Shown here piece by piece: positions 40,743-53,387 of a DNA stretch of 64,000 bases (the first letter of the stretch is position 1; the number at the start of each line of letters is the position of its first letter). A program made the position numbers and the translations under genes. A model generated the notes under the pieces. The model was not told where the DNA came from. It did not search any database and was given only the letters and a program-made list of their open reading frames with translations. This DNA is from Batkoa obscura (Eukaryota), in NCBI GenBank assembly GCA_030770535.1, contig JASVEC010000001.1, positions 1,240,001-1,304,000 on the forward strand, in the 5' to 3' direction.

Positions 40743-42561
40743 TCAACCCAATTTTGAAGCCTGAAAATAATTAATAAGAATGAACCTTATAATTTCAATT
40801 TAATATCAAGCTTACCTTTTGATATAAAGATTCTACAACATTATTCATATTCTTTAAATTATCAATAGCTGTACTATATAATTCCTACAAATTAGAAGTT
40901 AGCACAAATTACAACCTAATTAAAAAATGTAAACTTACATCATTTTCTTGCTCGTCAAAAACAATAAGGCATCCTGCTCCTTGATCCAAAACTCCATGGA
41001 ATACTTTGTCCAAAATCATTTGAGATAATCTAAATGATAAGTAAAAATAAAATGAAAATTTAAAGAACTTACTTGGCTTCAACTTCATCAGTAGTTAAGC
41101 GTACGAGTTTAGCTACATGTTCTATTTCAACCTTTGAGTATGGTTCAATAACTCGTACTAAATTTTGTTCCAATAAGGTATCATAAAGCGCATGGAGATG
41201 GGAATGAATGATAGGATCTCCCTTTAACTCTTTTATTTATAATTAGTATTTGCATAAAGAATAGATAAAATAAAGTTACCATCTTTATATTCGTTTGAAG
41301 CCTCTTCAAACTCTTTTAATGAACGATTACGGTAAGCATCTGAAACTCTTTTCATTGCTTCAATATCACGTCCAGCATACTTTAACCCTAATTTTCCGCT
41401 TGTAATTGACGAAACATCATCAGTCTAAATACAATTGATTATTAACAAAGTAGATAAAATATTTAACAAAAACCGTACCAAACCAATCATGACTTTACAT
41501 AAAAGCATATATTTCAAGGCAATTACAGCTTGTGTATCATTGTGAGATGAATAACTTTCAAAAGTTTCATAAAAATAGGAAAATCTAATAAATATAGTTA
41601 AATCATTAATTCATCCGATTTGACTATATATAATTACGCTGTTTTGAAATCTTTGTCTTCAGCATGTAAGATACCAGATTGTAAATCTAAAGCACCTTGT
41701 AATAAAGGTGGGCAATAGATGGAATTAGCTGAAGTACGAGCTGAAGTTAATGCAGCCTTTATAAATCTTTAGAATCTTAATCAACAGAACTAAGAAATAA
41801 CTTACTCTTGATTTTGGAAGATTTCTAAGTGCATAATAAGCGCGACTTTCTAATAATTGGACTTCTACTAATACCATTTTATCATCTAATCGCTTGAGCT
41901 CTTTTAATAAAGTTGAAATTAATTTCAAAGTATTAGTATAGTCACGATTCTCTAAATAGCTAAACAAAATATTAGATATGATGAATATAAAATGATAACA
42001 TGAAATAATCAAAAGAATACATACACAGAAACAAGTTTAGTTTCTACATTTTGTTTCAAAAAGACACGTTTTTCCTTTGAGCACCATTCAATAATCTCTT
42101 TACATACTTCAATTTGTAAGTTTAAAGACTCTGGAATACTCTTAAAGTTATCAATCAAAGAACGAACTAAATTCATTAATTAAATCTTGAGTAAAAATAA
42201 ATAATCTATCTTACTTATTTTTGAAGTTTTGGCTTTTGGTATTATAGTAAAAAAGTCGTGACTTGAACGTAACAGTGAACTTAACTCTTCAGCATTTCTA
42301 AATTACTTAGTAAATTTGGTTCAATTCAAGGCCTAATTGAATTACTTTTTCTCCTGATAAATGGAACCCAGCTTTAAAATGGCTACTTCTTTAGCTTTTA
42401 CTGAGCTATCCGAATTGTCTAAAGACTTTAATTTCAAATAATTATAAACCAAAGATAGACCTACCATTTGAATTGTTTAATATGTTTTTATAAGCGTTTA
42501 ATGCAGAATCGAAATCCTTTGATGTATAATATTGTTCGGCTTCAGCTAATTGATGGTCCAT
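40743..42561 (-). CDS. RPN6: 26S proteasome lid subunit Rpn6 (PSMD11), multi-exon
   Basis: [56 protein letters not shown] region [19 protein letters not shown]. Confidence 0.96.
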
Positions 42562-42779
42562 CTTATTACTAATTTTAAATTTAAAAAAACTAACTTTAAA
42601 GTCTAAGCTTAGACCTACTTTGATTACCAAGATGACGTACGAAAATAATCACACAAGAATCCCACAAAGTAGAAATTGCAAAATCTTGCGCACAGTATAA
42701 AGTTGCAAAATTGGTAAGATTAGAAAATTAATTCTGTCTTAGATATCCACCTAAGATTGTAATTATTTTAATATACATA

Positions 42780-42920
42780 TCATGCGGTGATGTTCACTGG
42801 CTTTTCGGCCTGGCCAAATTTCGACTTCGTTGATTTCACTTAACTTGAGTGCTAACACCGCTTAGGAAGAGTGATTTCGATAGAGTTTATATTAGATAGC
42901 TTTAAGATAGCTGAGCATGA
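42780..42920 (+). ncRNA. Candidate box C/D snoRNA (~140 nt)
   Basis: Terminal stem TCATGC/GCATGA; box C GTGATGT (42787-42793); box D CTGA (42911-42914) directly next to the stem; candidate D' TTGA (42830) and C' GTGATTT (42871); GC-richer than its flanks. Confidence 0.65.
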
Positions 42921-43351
42921 AAAAATAAAAAACAAACATAATTTTAAAAACTATCAAATAATTGTTTATTTAAAAATACATCAAGAATTGAAATATAGAG
43001 TAGAGCACATCCAAACGCTTTATAAAATGCAAACAGCTTATGGTTATTAGATATAGCTATCAGATATCCTTTAATACTGATCACTGTGTGGATGTAAGTG
43101 GAATAGCTAAGTTCTAATATGGAATTTTAATGTTTTCTCTCTATCTTGTCTTAGTCAAAAAGGGGTTTTTATAAAAATAATGAATTGTAAAGGTCTTGTG
43201 TAAATATAATATTGTAAGGATTGACTAATGGCTTATTAAATTTTTATTAAATAAGAAAGTATTGAAACATATCCCTAGATCGGGAATTGATTCACTGTTT
43301 ATGATAATTTAACATAATTTTGAATTAAGTTTAATATACAATAATTGTTTA

Positions 43352-44555
43352 TTACAAATCACAGGTTTTCATAAATTCAGCACTATATCTATCACCTTTT
43401 ACTTCAATTTGTTCAACCAATGCACGGATCTGTTTGTTTTCATCTTCAGTTAATTTATGATTGGCAGATTCAAGGTTCTCTTCAAGGTACTTCATTCTTT
43501 TAGTGCCTGGGATAGGAATGAAATCACTGCCCTATTAAATTTTAGTTTAAACTTAGTTATAACTACAATGAAATCTACTTGAGCCAAAACCCATGATAAA
43601 CATAACTGGGAAGCTTTGATTCCCTTTTTACTAGCTATTTCTTCCATTTTGTCAATAATTTGACGATTGTGATCAAAATTTTCTTCACTAAAACGTGGAA
43701 AGTTGGCAACTCTGAAATCATCTTTATCAAGTGCTTTTGCATCTAATTTTCCAGTCAAAAGTCCACGTCCTAATGGGGAATAAGCAACAATGGCTACTCC
43801 AAGCTCTCTACAAGCATCTAATAACCCGTTTTTCTCAATAAAAGTTTCCCATGGGCTTATTGAAAATTGTTATTAGATGAATGGTTTAAATAAATGATAA
43901 AAATAGCTACCTATACTCAACTTGTACAGCAGAAATAGGATGAACTTTATAAGCCCTTCTCAATGTTTCTGCACTACACTCAGATAACCCCAGATATCTT
44001 ACTTTACCCTCTTTAACCAACTCAGCCATTGCTGTTACTGTTTCTTCAATCGGGCTATAAGCCAAATAAATATAAAATAAACACAATTTAAAATAAAACT
44101 ATACGTATTTGAATCTACTCTGTGCTGATAGTATAAATCAATGGTTTTAATACCTAATCTTTTTAAACTAGCATCACAACATTGTTTTACATACTCTTTA
44201 TCACCTCGGACTTTGAGGGTTTTGGTTTCTAAGTCATAACTATTGGCAAATTTAGTGCAAATGAAAACTTCATCTCTACGCTCTTTTAAAACTTTAGCTA
44301 TTAACTTTTCATTCTCACCCATGCCATACATGTCCTATGGAAATATTAATATTTGTTTATATAGTTTAGCTATTTATCGTTTACAGCAGTATCCCAAAAA
44401 GTAGCCCCTAAATCAATGGCTCGATTTAATACTTTGATGCTTTCTTCATTTTGCTCTGGAGTGACATGAAAGATGCTCATACCCATACATCCTAGTCCAA
44501 TACTAGAGACTTGAGGACCATTTTTACCTAATTGACGTGTTGCTAATTTACTCAT
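43352..44555 (-). CDS. Aldo-keto reductase (pyridoxal reductase/YakC-like), multi-exon
   Basis: [50 protein letters not shown] motifs. Confidence 0.95.
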
Positions 44556-45926
44556 TTTTTTTGTAAATTCATCATTACACTTTTGATTGGTTTTATATTT
44601 TTAGGTTTTTATTTAGTCCCGACTTCCATTCACTTTTAAATAATCTTATCCTTCTTTTCTCTTGCATATATGGCTTTTAAAACCCGATTTTAAAACTAGT
44701 GAAACGTCAAACTTTTTTCTTATTTGTATGGGTTTTCAAAGCCCGATTTTAAAACACTTTATAATGTATCATGTCTTTTCATTTTTAAAACAATAGTGAA
44801 GGATAAAAGAATATTGTATTTCGGCTTTAGAAAATGATACTTTTTAAAAGATTACAATCAATGAATTAGAGTATTTTAAAAATATATCACACTAAACAAT
44901 GGATGTGTATAACTAAGTTTATTTGAATCAACTTGAATATTTGACACTGGGTGTTTAGTATCAAAGTTGATCCGATATTTCAACCGGGTATGAATAACGA
45001 ACATAGAATAATCTTTAAAGGTGTGTATGTCAATGTCTTTTTCATCTTAGTATCTAACTAACATTTTAAAAAAATATTGCGTTACGTAAAAAATGAACAA
45101 AAGGTTTAGACAAAACATCACAAATTTAAATAATCAAAAGCCAGTCAGTCGTTTTAGTCTGTTCTTTACATTAAGTCTTTTCAAAATGTTAGCTCATTTA
45201 CGATACTAAATACTAAAACTAATCAGATTAGCTTTAGCTCAGTTTTTAGTGTTTTATTTTATTATTATTATTTAAGGTTAAATAACCTTAAAAGGCTTCA
45301 AAAATTGAATATATCCTTTAATTTTTTTCATCCACGGAGATCTCTAGTAAAAGGCGAGGGATCTATTCGTTTGAAAGCTGAATGAAAAAAAGGATAGTTA
45401 TTTGTAAAACATTATTATTGGTTTTATTTAAAACATTGTTTCAGATTACGTTTCTTCCTTATGGGATTAGAGTTGAGTTAGGTATTTTTTTCTCTCTAGC
45501 CAATAATAATCAAAGAGGGACAATTTTTGATTGGATTTGAATTAAACTATGGGATGGCTTTTAGACTAATTTATTTTATATAAAATTAAGTTTATATAGT
45601 TGCTATTATTGAAATTAAAAATTTTAAAAAATTTATTTTAGGAATAACACTAATAACTCAACAATTTTATTTCTGATAAAATTTTAGTCGAATTTAAATC
45701 AACTCCTGACTTTATGATTTTAATAGCACATTGAAAAACACCTTAATGACAAGGTGTACATCTGACTTAATTTAAAGAATTGTATTTTCCCAGCTTCAAA
45801 AAGCTGCAAAAAGTAGGAAAAATAAAGCGAATTTAAAACTCCACCAATAACACCCATAATATACTGTGTCAAAAAAGCAACCATAAAAGCAGTAAATTTA
45901 GTTTTAACTCACGTCATTTTTTTACA

Positions 45927-47258
45927 ATGGTATCCACTCTTTACAGTGAAACTCAAAACAAATTAAGCGATAACGGACCTTCCCGTGCTTCCATTTTATT
46001 TTCAATTGGCGATAAAGTAGGAGCTTTAGACGAATGTTTAGTTGTCTTAAAAGAGTTAAAAATCTCAATGACACGTATTGAGTCTCGACCAAGTTTAAAC
46101 AACCCAGATAGCTACGATTTTTTTGTTGATATTGATGGTAAGGATTATAATTTAGCTTCACAAGCAGTAGAACAGCTTACTCCAAAGGTATCCAGTATCC
46201 GTTTAATCCAATCAGCACCTTCTTCCGACAATGTATCGTTAAATAGTGTACCTTGGTTCCCCAGAAAAAAGAGTGATTTAGATACGTTTGCAGAAAAGGT
46301 ATTAGAAATGGGAGAAGATTTATCATCAGATCATCCAGGTGCTAAAGACTTAGTTTATCGTAAACGTCGTTCCGAGATCACTAGTATTGCAAAAACTTAT
46401 AAAACAGGACAACCATTACCAAGGATTGAATATAACGAAGTTGAAATTCAAACATGGGGAGAAGTTTATCGTAAAACAATGGATCTTTATAAAAAATATG
46501 CTTGTAAAGAATATCTTCATGTATTCCCCTTATTGGAAAAAAATTGTGGATTTTCTGCTAATAATATTCCACAGATTGAAGATATCTCAAGGTTTTTAAA
46601 AGAGTGCACTGGGTTTACTCTTAAACCAGTCATGGGTTTATTAACTTCTAGAGATTTTTTAAACGGTTTAGCTTTTAGAGTATTCCATTCTACCCAATAT
46701 TTACGTCATCATTCAAAGCCTCTTTATACCCCAGAACCAGATGTTTGTCATGAACTTTTAGGTCATGTACCATTGTTTGCTAACCCAGAGTTTGCTGACT
46801 TTTCACAAGAGATTGGATTAGCTTCTTTAGGTGCTTCCGATGATGATATTGAAAAATTAGCTACGATCTATTGGTTTACTGTTGAATTTGGATTATGTAA
46901 ACAAGGGGATGAAATTAAAGCATATGGGGCAGGTATCCTTTCTTCTTATGGAGAATTAGAATACTCCATGTCGGATAAACCAGAAAAAAGACCATTTGAT
47001 CCTAAAATGACCGCTATAACTAAATATCCTATTACTGAATATCAACCGGTTTATTATGTAGCTGAAAGTTTTGGTGATGCTAGAGATAAAGTACGTGAAT
47101 TTGCTGATTCTTTGTCTCGTCCATTCCATGTCCGTTATAATCCTTATACTGAGTCTATTGAAGTACTTGACTCAAAAGATAAGCTTGCTAACTATGCCAA
47201 TAGTATTAAATCCGATTTTGAGAAATTGGTTAATGCTCTTAATCAATTGAAAGCTTAA
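45927..47258 (+). CDS. PAH: Phenylalanine 4-hydroxylase with ACT domain (intronless, 443 aa)
   Basis: ACT motifs GAL and IESRPS; VPWFPR; PDVCHELLGH and VEFG iron ligands; YWFT and YPITEYQP specificity positions are PAH-like. Confidence 0.93.
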   Translation: MVSTLYSETQNKLSDNGPSRASILFSIGDKVGALDECLVVLKELKISMTRIESRPSLNNPDSYDFFVDIDGKDYNLASQAVEQLTPKVSSIRLIQSAPSSDNVSLNSVPWFPRKKSDLDTFAEKVLEMGEDLSSDHPGAKDLVYRKRRSEITSIAKTYKTGQPLPRIEYNEVEIQTWGEVYRKTMDLYKKYACKEYLHVFPLLEKNCGFSANNIPQIEDISRFLKECTGFTLKPVMGLLTSRDFLNGLAFRVFHSTQYLRHHSKPLYTPEPDVCHELLGHVPLFANPEFADFSQEIGLASLGASDDDIEKLATIYWFTVEFGLCKQGDEIKAYGAGILSSYGELEYSMSDKPEKRPFDPKMTAITKYPITEYQPVYYVAESFGDARDKVREFADSLSRPFHVRYNPYTESIEVLDSKDKLANYANSIKSDFEKLVNALNQLKA

Positions 47259-47568
47259 TAAGTTGGGATTGAATACTTTTGGAGATTGTAATTAAATAAA
47301 TTTTATTTTGATTATTATGAATAGTTTATTTTATTCTTGTATTTAGTTTTAATATATAAAAATCATAATTCAAATCATCATAATATAAATAAAATACATT
47401 AATATTGTGATAAATCTTTATAATTTTACATTAAATAAGCAATTGCTTGAATTTAAACAATTATTATTTTGTTCAAACTTGAACCTCGAAATTAATTTTA
47501 AAATTCAATTGAGAAGTTTTAATTTTGCTTTTTATCAATTTTGAATTCAAAAACAAGTTAACTAAAAA

Positions 47569-49020
47569 ATGTTAAAATTTGAAGGACATGTAGGTTTTAG
47601 ACAACGTTTAATAATGGCTACTATCAGTGGTAAAGCTATTAAAATTGAAAAAATAAGATCGGATGATGATAATCCAGGTTTAAGAGGTAAATTTATTTCA
47701 AGAAAAAATAGAATTTAGTAAATGATGTTAATTAAAAATCATTATTAGATTTTGAAGCCAATTTTTTACGATTATTAGAAAAAGTAACTAATGGTTCTTT
47801 AATTGAAATTAATTATACTGGTAATTTAAAATAAAAATCTATCAACTTCAACTCGTATAACACAAACAACTTCCCTCCCCAATAGGTACTGCTATTTTAT
47901 ATAAACCCGGTATAATAGTTGGTGGAAAAATAGAACATGATTGTGGATTGACTCGTTCCATTGGTTATTTTTTAGAATCTATGGTCATGTTAGCTCCCTT
48001 TTCAAAATTACCTTTTGTTTTAACTTTACAAGGTATTACTAATGATAATTTGGATATTTCGGTATATTATTTTATTTCTAATTTTAATAAATAATATATT
48101 AATTTGTTTCATTAATTTTAAAATAGGTCGATTTATTACGTACTGTAACCTTACGTCAATTAAATAAATTTGGTATTGAAGATGGAGTTGAATTAAAGGT
48201 AATTATTACATTCATTATAATTATAATAATAGATCCCCTACATAACCCTCAACTAATCTTACAAATAGATAACCAAAAGAGGAGCCCCACCTTTAGGGGG
48301 TGGAGAAGTATTATTTAAATGTACAGTAGTAAGATCTCTTAAACCAATTCGATTCATTGATGAAGGACGTATAAAACGTATTAGAGGCATAGCTTATTCT
48401 ACTCGAGTATCACCTCAAACAGCTAATCGAGTAGTTGAATCAGCAAGATCGGTATTAAATCGATATATACCTGATATATATATTTATACAGATGTTTATA
48501 AGGGTAAAGAATCTGGGAAGTAAGTTAATTGATATTACTATTTTATATAAAAGCAATATAAATTTATAACAACTGTTTTTTTAAATAGATCCCCAGGTTA
48601 TGGACTTACTTTAGTTGCTGAATCTACTACTGAATGCCTATTATCAGCTGAATGTTTTGCAGATGTTAAAGAAACCCCAGAAGATTTAGGAAAAAGAGTA
48701 GCTCGTATGTTGTTGCAAGAAATTCAAGAAGGAGGGTGTATTGATACTTATAATCATGGATTAAATTTATTATTTATGGTACTTGGACCTGAAGATGTTT
48801 CTAAATTAAGGATTGGTAAATTAACTCCATTTTGGTAAGTTATTCTTATATCTAAAATATTTTTAATATAATTTGTAATTTTTTTAGTATTGAAATTTTA
48901 AGAGATATTAAACAATTTTTTAATATTACTTATAAAGTTGTGCCTGATGATAAAAATAAAACTATTTTATTGACTTGTATGGGCACTGGGTTTACTAATG
49001 TCAGTAAAAAAACAAATTAA
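47569..49020 (+). CDS. RCL1: RNA 3'-terminal phosphate cyclase-like protein Rcl1, multi-exon
   Basis: FRQRLIMATISGK, RSIGYFLE, KRGAPPLGGGEV, GRIKRIRGIAYSTRVSPQ, SPGYG. Confidence 0.95.
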
Positions 49021-49295
49021 ATTGGAAAGAGTGTTATTATGACTATTTCTTTTTTATTTATAGAATAATAAATTCAAAGTTTATAGATTTAGTTGAACTT
49101 TCTTTTTTAGTATTAATTTCTTATTTTGTTACTCTTATTTATTTTAAATAATCAAATCAACACATTTTGACTTTCACATATAAAAATAGTTTTATTACTT
49201 ATAAAATAAAATAAACATAGCAAACCCCTTATCCAAAGAAAAATAATATTTTAAATAATCTCTTTTTTCTTTAAAAAAAAGAAAGTCAAAAATCC

Positions 49296-50382
49296 TCAGT
49301 AATACCCATGCTGTCCATGATGTTGCTCATAACGATTTTCAATTGGCGAAGAATCCAACTGTTCATTATTACTTCTTTGCTGATAAGCTGGATATTTACC
49401 ACCATTCATAGATCGCATACCATTTTCATGAGTTATATCTCTTGAAATTGGCTCTCTCATATCAACTCTTGTATCCCTTGGATAAGGATCACGACTAATT
49501 AAAGTAAATCAATATCTATATTTTTATATGAAATTATAAGTTCTATGTAATAAACTTACGATATTGGAGCTTCATAACCTCGAGTATAACCTGGCATATC
49601 ATGTTGGTAATAAGCTTCATTTGGGCGCACTGGTTGACGCTCTAAATAAATAAAAGATAGGTTTATAAAATCATATTTATAAAAACTCTTTTATATCTCA
49701 ACTTACCATGATAAACTTCAGTATTACTAAGTCTATTTGGTGAGCGTAGATTGGCTTCTGTCATCGATTCTAAACCATTATTCTTTAATAAACCTTCTTT
49801 TAAAATATTCATTTAATAAACTTACTTTTCTGTTTATAACTATCCTCTTCTCTTTCCATAGAACCTCTACCTCGACCATTATTTCCAGGTTGTCTTAACT
49901 TGGCTTCATTTCTATAGATTTCATTTCTATCCTCGTAATAATTAATATTATCTTCCCTTTCCATTTCAACTTCACCATCTTTAAATTTATCTTTACTGAC
50001 ATATTTATATTTATATTCTTTTTCATCAGGGTCAATAGGAGCGAGATTTTTACTATCGTCTAACTCTTCTTCGCTAGAATCTTCCGGAATTAATGAAGGA
50101 TCTGCTTCTGCTATGGTGTTAAGAAGCATTCTGTAAAGGGAAGGTTAGCGTAAATTCATCATTGTTTTTTTGAATAAATATTATTTACTTAATTTCTTCT
50201 TTTAATTGTTTAACTTCTTCAGCAGCGTTAACTAATTCTTCACGTACTTCGTCATTGTTCTATACAGTTTTATTAAAAGATCATGTTAATAATTCGAATA
50301 AAGTTATAAAGATAATTGAATTTACCGTTAATAATTCTTGATACTTTTCTTTCGCTCTTAAGTATTTTACTTTATAGGCCAT
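49296..50382 (-). CDS. INO80E/Iec3-like N-terminal coiled-coil protein, multi-exon
   Basis: Spliced N-terminus MAYKVKYLRAKEKYQELLT-NNDEVREELVNAAEEVKQLKEEI-..MLLNTI fits the YKxKY...EEL...LLD pattern of INO80E/Iec3; remainder is low complexity. Confidence 0.5.
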
Positions 50383-50843
50383 CTTGCAATTTTAAAAAGT
50401 AGAGTTTTAGTACATTAAATTTTTTTATGAGTTGGCTTATTTTTGGACTTGGTTTTTTTATGCAGTTGAAAGTTTAGGTTTTAGTCCTAAGTTAACTTTA
50501 AAAAAAAAGTTAGATATCAAAAGTTGAAAGGGTTATTTTGTCAAAATTCATAGTACTAAGCTAGTAAAAATTGAATTTTTTTAAAACTATTATTACTAAT
50601 ATTATAATTTTTTCTTAATATTTGATAACCTTTTACAGCCTTTTAAATTTCCCATTCTTTTCAATCCATTTCTATAGTGTTAAAACTCACCTGTTAGGTA
50701 ATTGATTTTGATAGGTTCAACTTTAACTTAACTGTAATTGGTCCAATTGAATTTCGAATCCATTTTATAAAACATACTTAGCTTTCAATATCAACTATTA
50801 ATACTTTTAGTATCAATTAAAAAAGAAGAATTATTAAAAAAAG

Positions 50844-53061
50844 ATGCAAGCCCCAGTCATTGTTATGAGTATGTATTTTCATTCTATTTAATAAAATTAA
50901 ACTGGATTAATGTTATTTATTCACTAATCTCCTACTTAATTTGATAACAATATTAATTCAACTTTTTTTAGATACCAAAATGGAGCGCGAGTCAGGTCGT
51001 AAAGCTCAACTCAGTAATATTAACGCAGCAAAAGTAATTTTTTTATTTTTGTCCGTTAAATAAACTTAACTTAGAACTTGTATCAATTTTAGACGGTCTC
51101 TGACATCATTCGTACTTGTCTTGGACCACGTTCCATGTTAAAAATGTTATTAGATCCAATGGGTGGTATTGTATTAACCAATGATGGTAACGCTATATTA
51201 AGAGAAGTTGAAGTAGCTCATCCAGCTGCAAAATCAATGATTGAATTATCTAGAACTCAAGATGAAGAAGTGGGAGATGGTACTACTTCGGTAATTATTT
51301 TAGGTAAGAATCAATCAATATTTATTTTGTATTATAAGTATAGTTTTTAAATAGAATAACAATAATAATAATAATAATTCAAAGTAATTTTTATTAACTT
51401 CTTAATTTTATATAGCTGGTGAAGTTCTCTCTGTTTCAGCTCCATTTTTAGAACGTAACATTCATCCAATTGTGATTATTTCTGCTTTTAAAAAAGCATT
51501 AGAAGATGCATTGAAAGTAGTTGAAGATATTAGTATTGATGTTGATTTAGATGATAAAAACCAAATGTTAAATATTATCAAAAGTTCCTTAAATACTAAA
51601 TTTGTTTCACGTTGGTCTGAGTTAATGTGTAATTTGGCCTTAAAAGCGGTGGAATGTGTTGCTATGGAAGAGGGTGGTCAAAGAGAAGTAGATATTAAAA
51701 GATATGCTAGAGTTGAAAAGGTAATTATTTAAAAAAAATCAAAGTTTAAAGAAAATTAATTTATTAATAATATAATTTAGATTCCAGGAGGAGAAATTGA
51801 AGATTCATGTGTGTTGGATGGAATATTATTAAATAAAGATGTAACCCATCCAAAAATGAGACGTCGTATTGAAAATCCAAAAATTGTATTATTAGATTGT
51901 CCATTAGAATATAAAAAAGGGGAATCCCAAACGAATATTGAAATTACAAAAGAAGAAGATTGGGCAAGGTTTTTACAAATTGAAGAAGAGCAAATTAAAT
52001 CTTTATGTGACCATATCATTGCTCTTAAACCGGATTTAGTCTTTACCGAAAAGGGAGTTTCTGGTAAGTTTTAATTGAAAATTTTTTTAGCTTTATTTTT
52101 TTAATGTATTATTTTAGATCTTGCTCAACATTATTTACAAAAAGCTAATATTACTGCTATCCGTCGTTTACGTAAAACGGATAATAATCGAGTAGCACGT
52201 GCCGTAGGCGCTACTATTGTATCTCGTGTTGAAGATCTTAAAGAAAGTGATATTGGAACTGGATGTGGCTTATTTAACATTGAAAAAATAGGAGATGAAT
52301 ATTTTACTTTCTTAACCAAATGTGAAGACCCTAAAGCTTGTACTATATTATTACGTGGGCCATCCAAAGATATATTACATGAAGTTGATCGTAATTTACA
52401 AGATGCTATGAATGTAGCTAGAAATGTATATTTTAATCCAAGATTATCACCTGGTGGTGGAGCTACTGAAATGGCTATTAGTGTCAAATTATCAGAATTA
52501 GCTAAAACTTTAGAAGGCATTGAACAATGGCCTTATCTTGGTTTAGCTGAAGCTTTAGAAGTAATTCCTCGTACTTTGATTCAAAATTGTGGTGGTAAAC
52601 CAGTTAAAGTTTTAACTCAACTTAGGGTAACTGTTTTTTTATGCGATGATAAAATTATATTAATAGATCTTTTTTTAGGCTAAACATGCTAACAATGAAC
52701 ATTCTTGGGGTGTTAATGGTACTTCTGGTACTATTGCCGATATGCATGAATATGGCATTTGGGAACCAACTGCTGTTAAAGTTCAAACTATTAAAACTGC
52801 AATTGAGGTAAGATTATAATTCTATTATAATAGCTTAAAGGTAGATATGAAGGAATTATTACTAATGAAATGTATTTGATATTTTTTTAGTCTGCTTGTT
52901 TATTATTAAGAGTTGATGATATTGTATCTGGTGTATCAAAGAGAGAAAATGGTCCAGCTGGTGGTGCTCAACAACAAGTTCCTGAAGAGGTAAGTTTATT
53001 TTTAAATTTTAAAGATGAATGAGTAATGTTTATTTTTTTATTTATTTAGATGCAACAATAG
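50844..53061 (+). CDS. CCT3: T-complex protein 1 subunit gamma (CCT/TRiC), multi-exon
   Basis: MQAPVIVM start, TNDGNAILRE, QDEEVGDGTTSV, YKKGESQT, PGGGATEMA. Confidence 0.97.
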
Positions 53062-53387
53062 AGTAATGGAATAAACTGATGTTGAAAAAAAAAGTAAAAA
53101 AATAAAATGCATGGATTTTAATATAGTTGTATGTTGATTTAAGTTGTTCTTTTTGATTTTGTTTTAATGTTAAAGATATAGTGAAGGGTATAGAATTTTA
53201 CAAGGAAATAGATTTTTTTTTTACTTTATGATAGTTTGTTTGGTAAGTTATATGACAAAGTAATCAAAAGAAATAAGCAATGAATAACTTTCAACTTTAA
53301 TATAAAAATGAAAAGTTGAATAAATTCCTATTTTATTAACATTAAAAACATTTAATTAATTTTAATAACTCAAATTAATATACTAAT

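Noticed and set aside
42796..42822. GCTTTTCGGCCTGGCCAA resembling the U2 snRNA 5' end
   Set aside because: No GTGTAGTA branch-recognition sequence or Sm site; C/D boxes explain the locus better.
45311..45759. ATATCCTTT...CCTTAAT...AC as a U12 AT-AC intron in the PAH 5' region
   Set aside because: Such motifs are expected by chance in very AT-rich DNA, and no exon context supports it.
12789..47258. Secondary-metabolite cluster (P450, quinone reductase, MFS, AKR, PAH)
   Set aside because: No backbone synthase; the genes are spread over 35 kb and interleaved with housekeeping genes.
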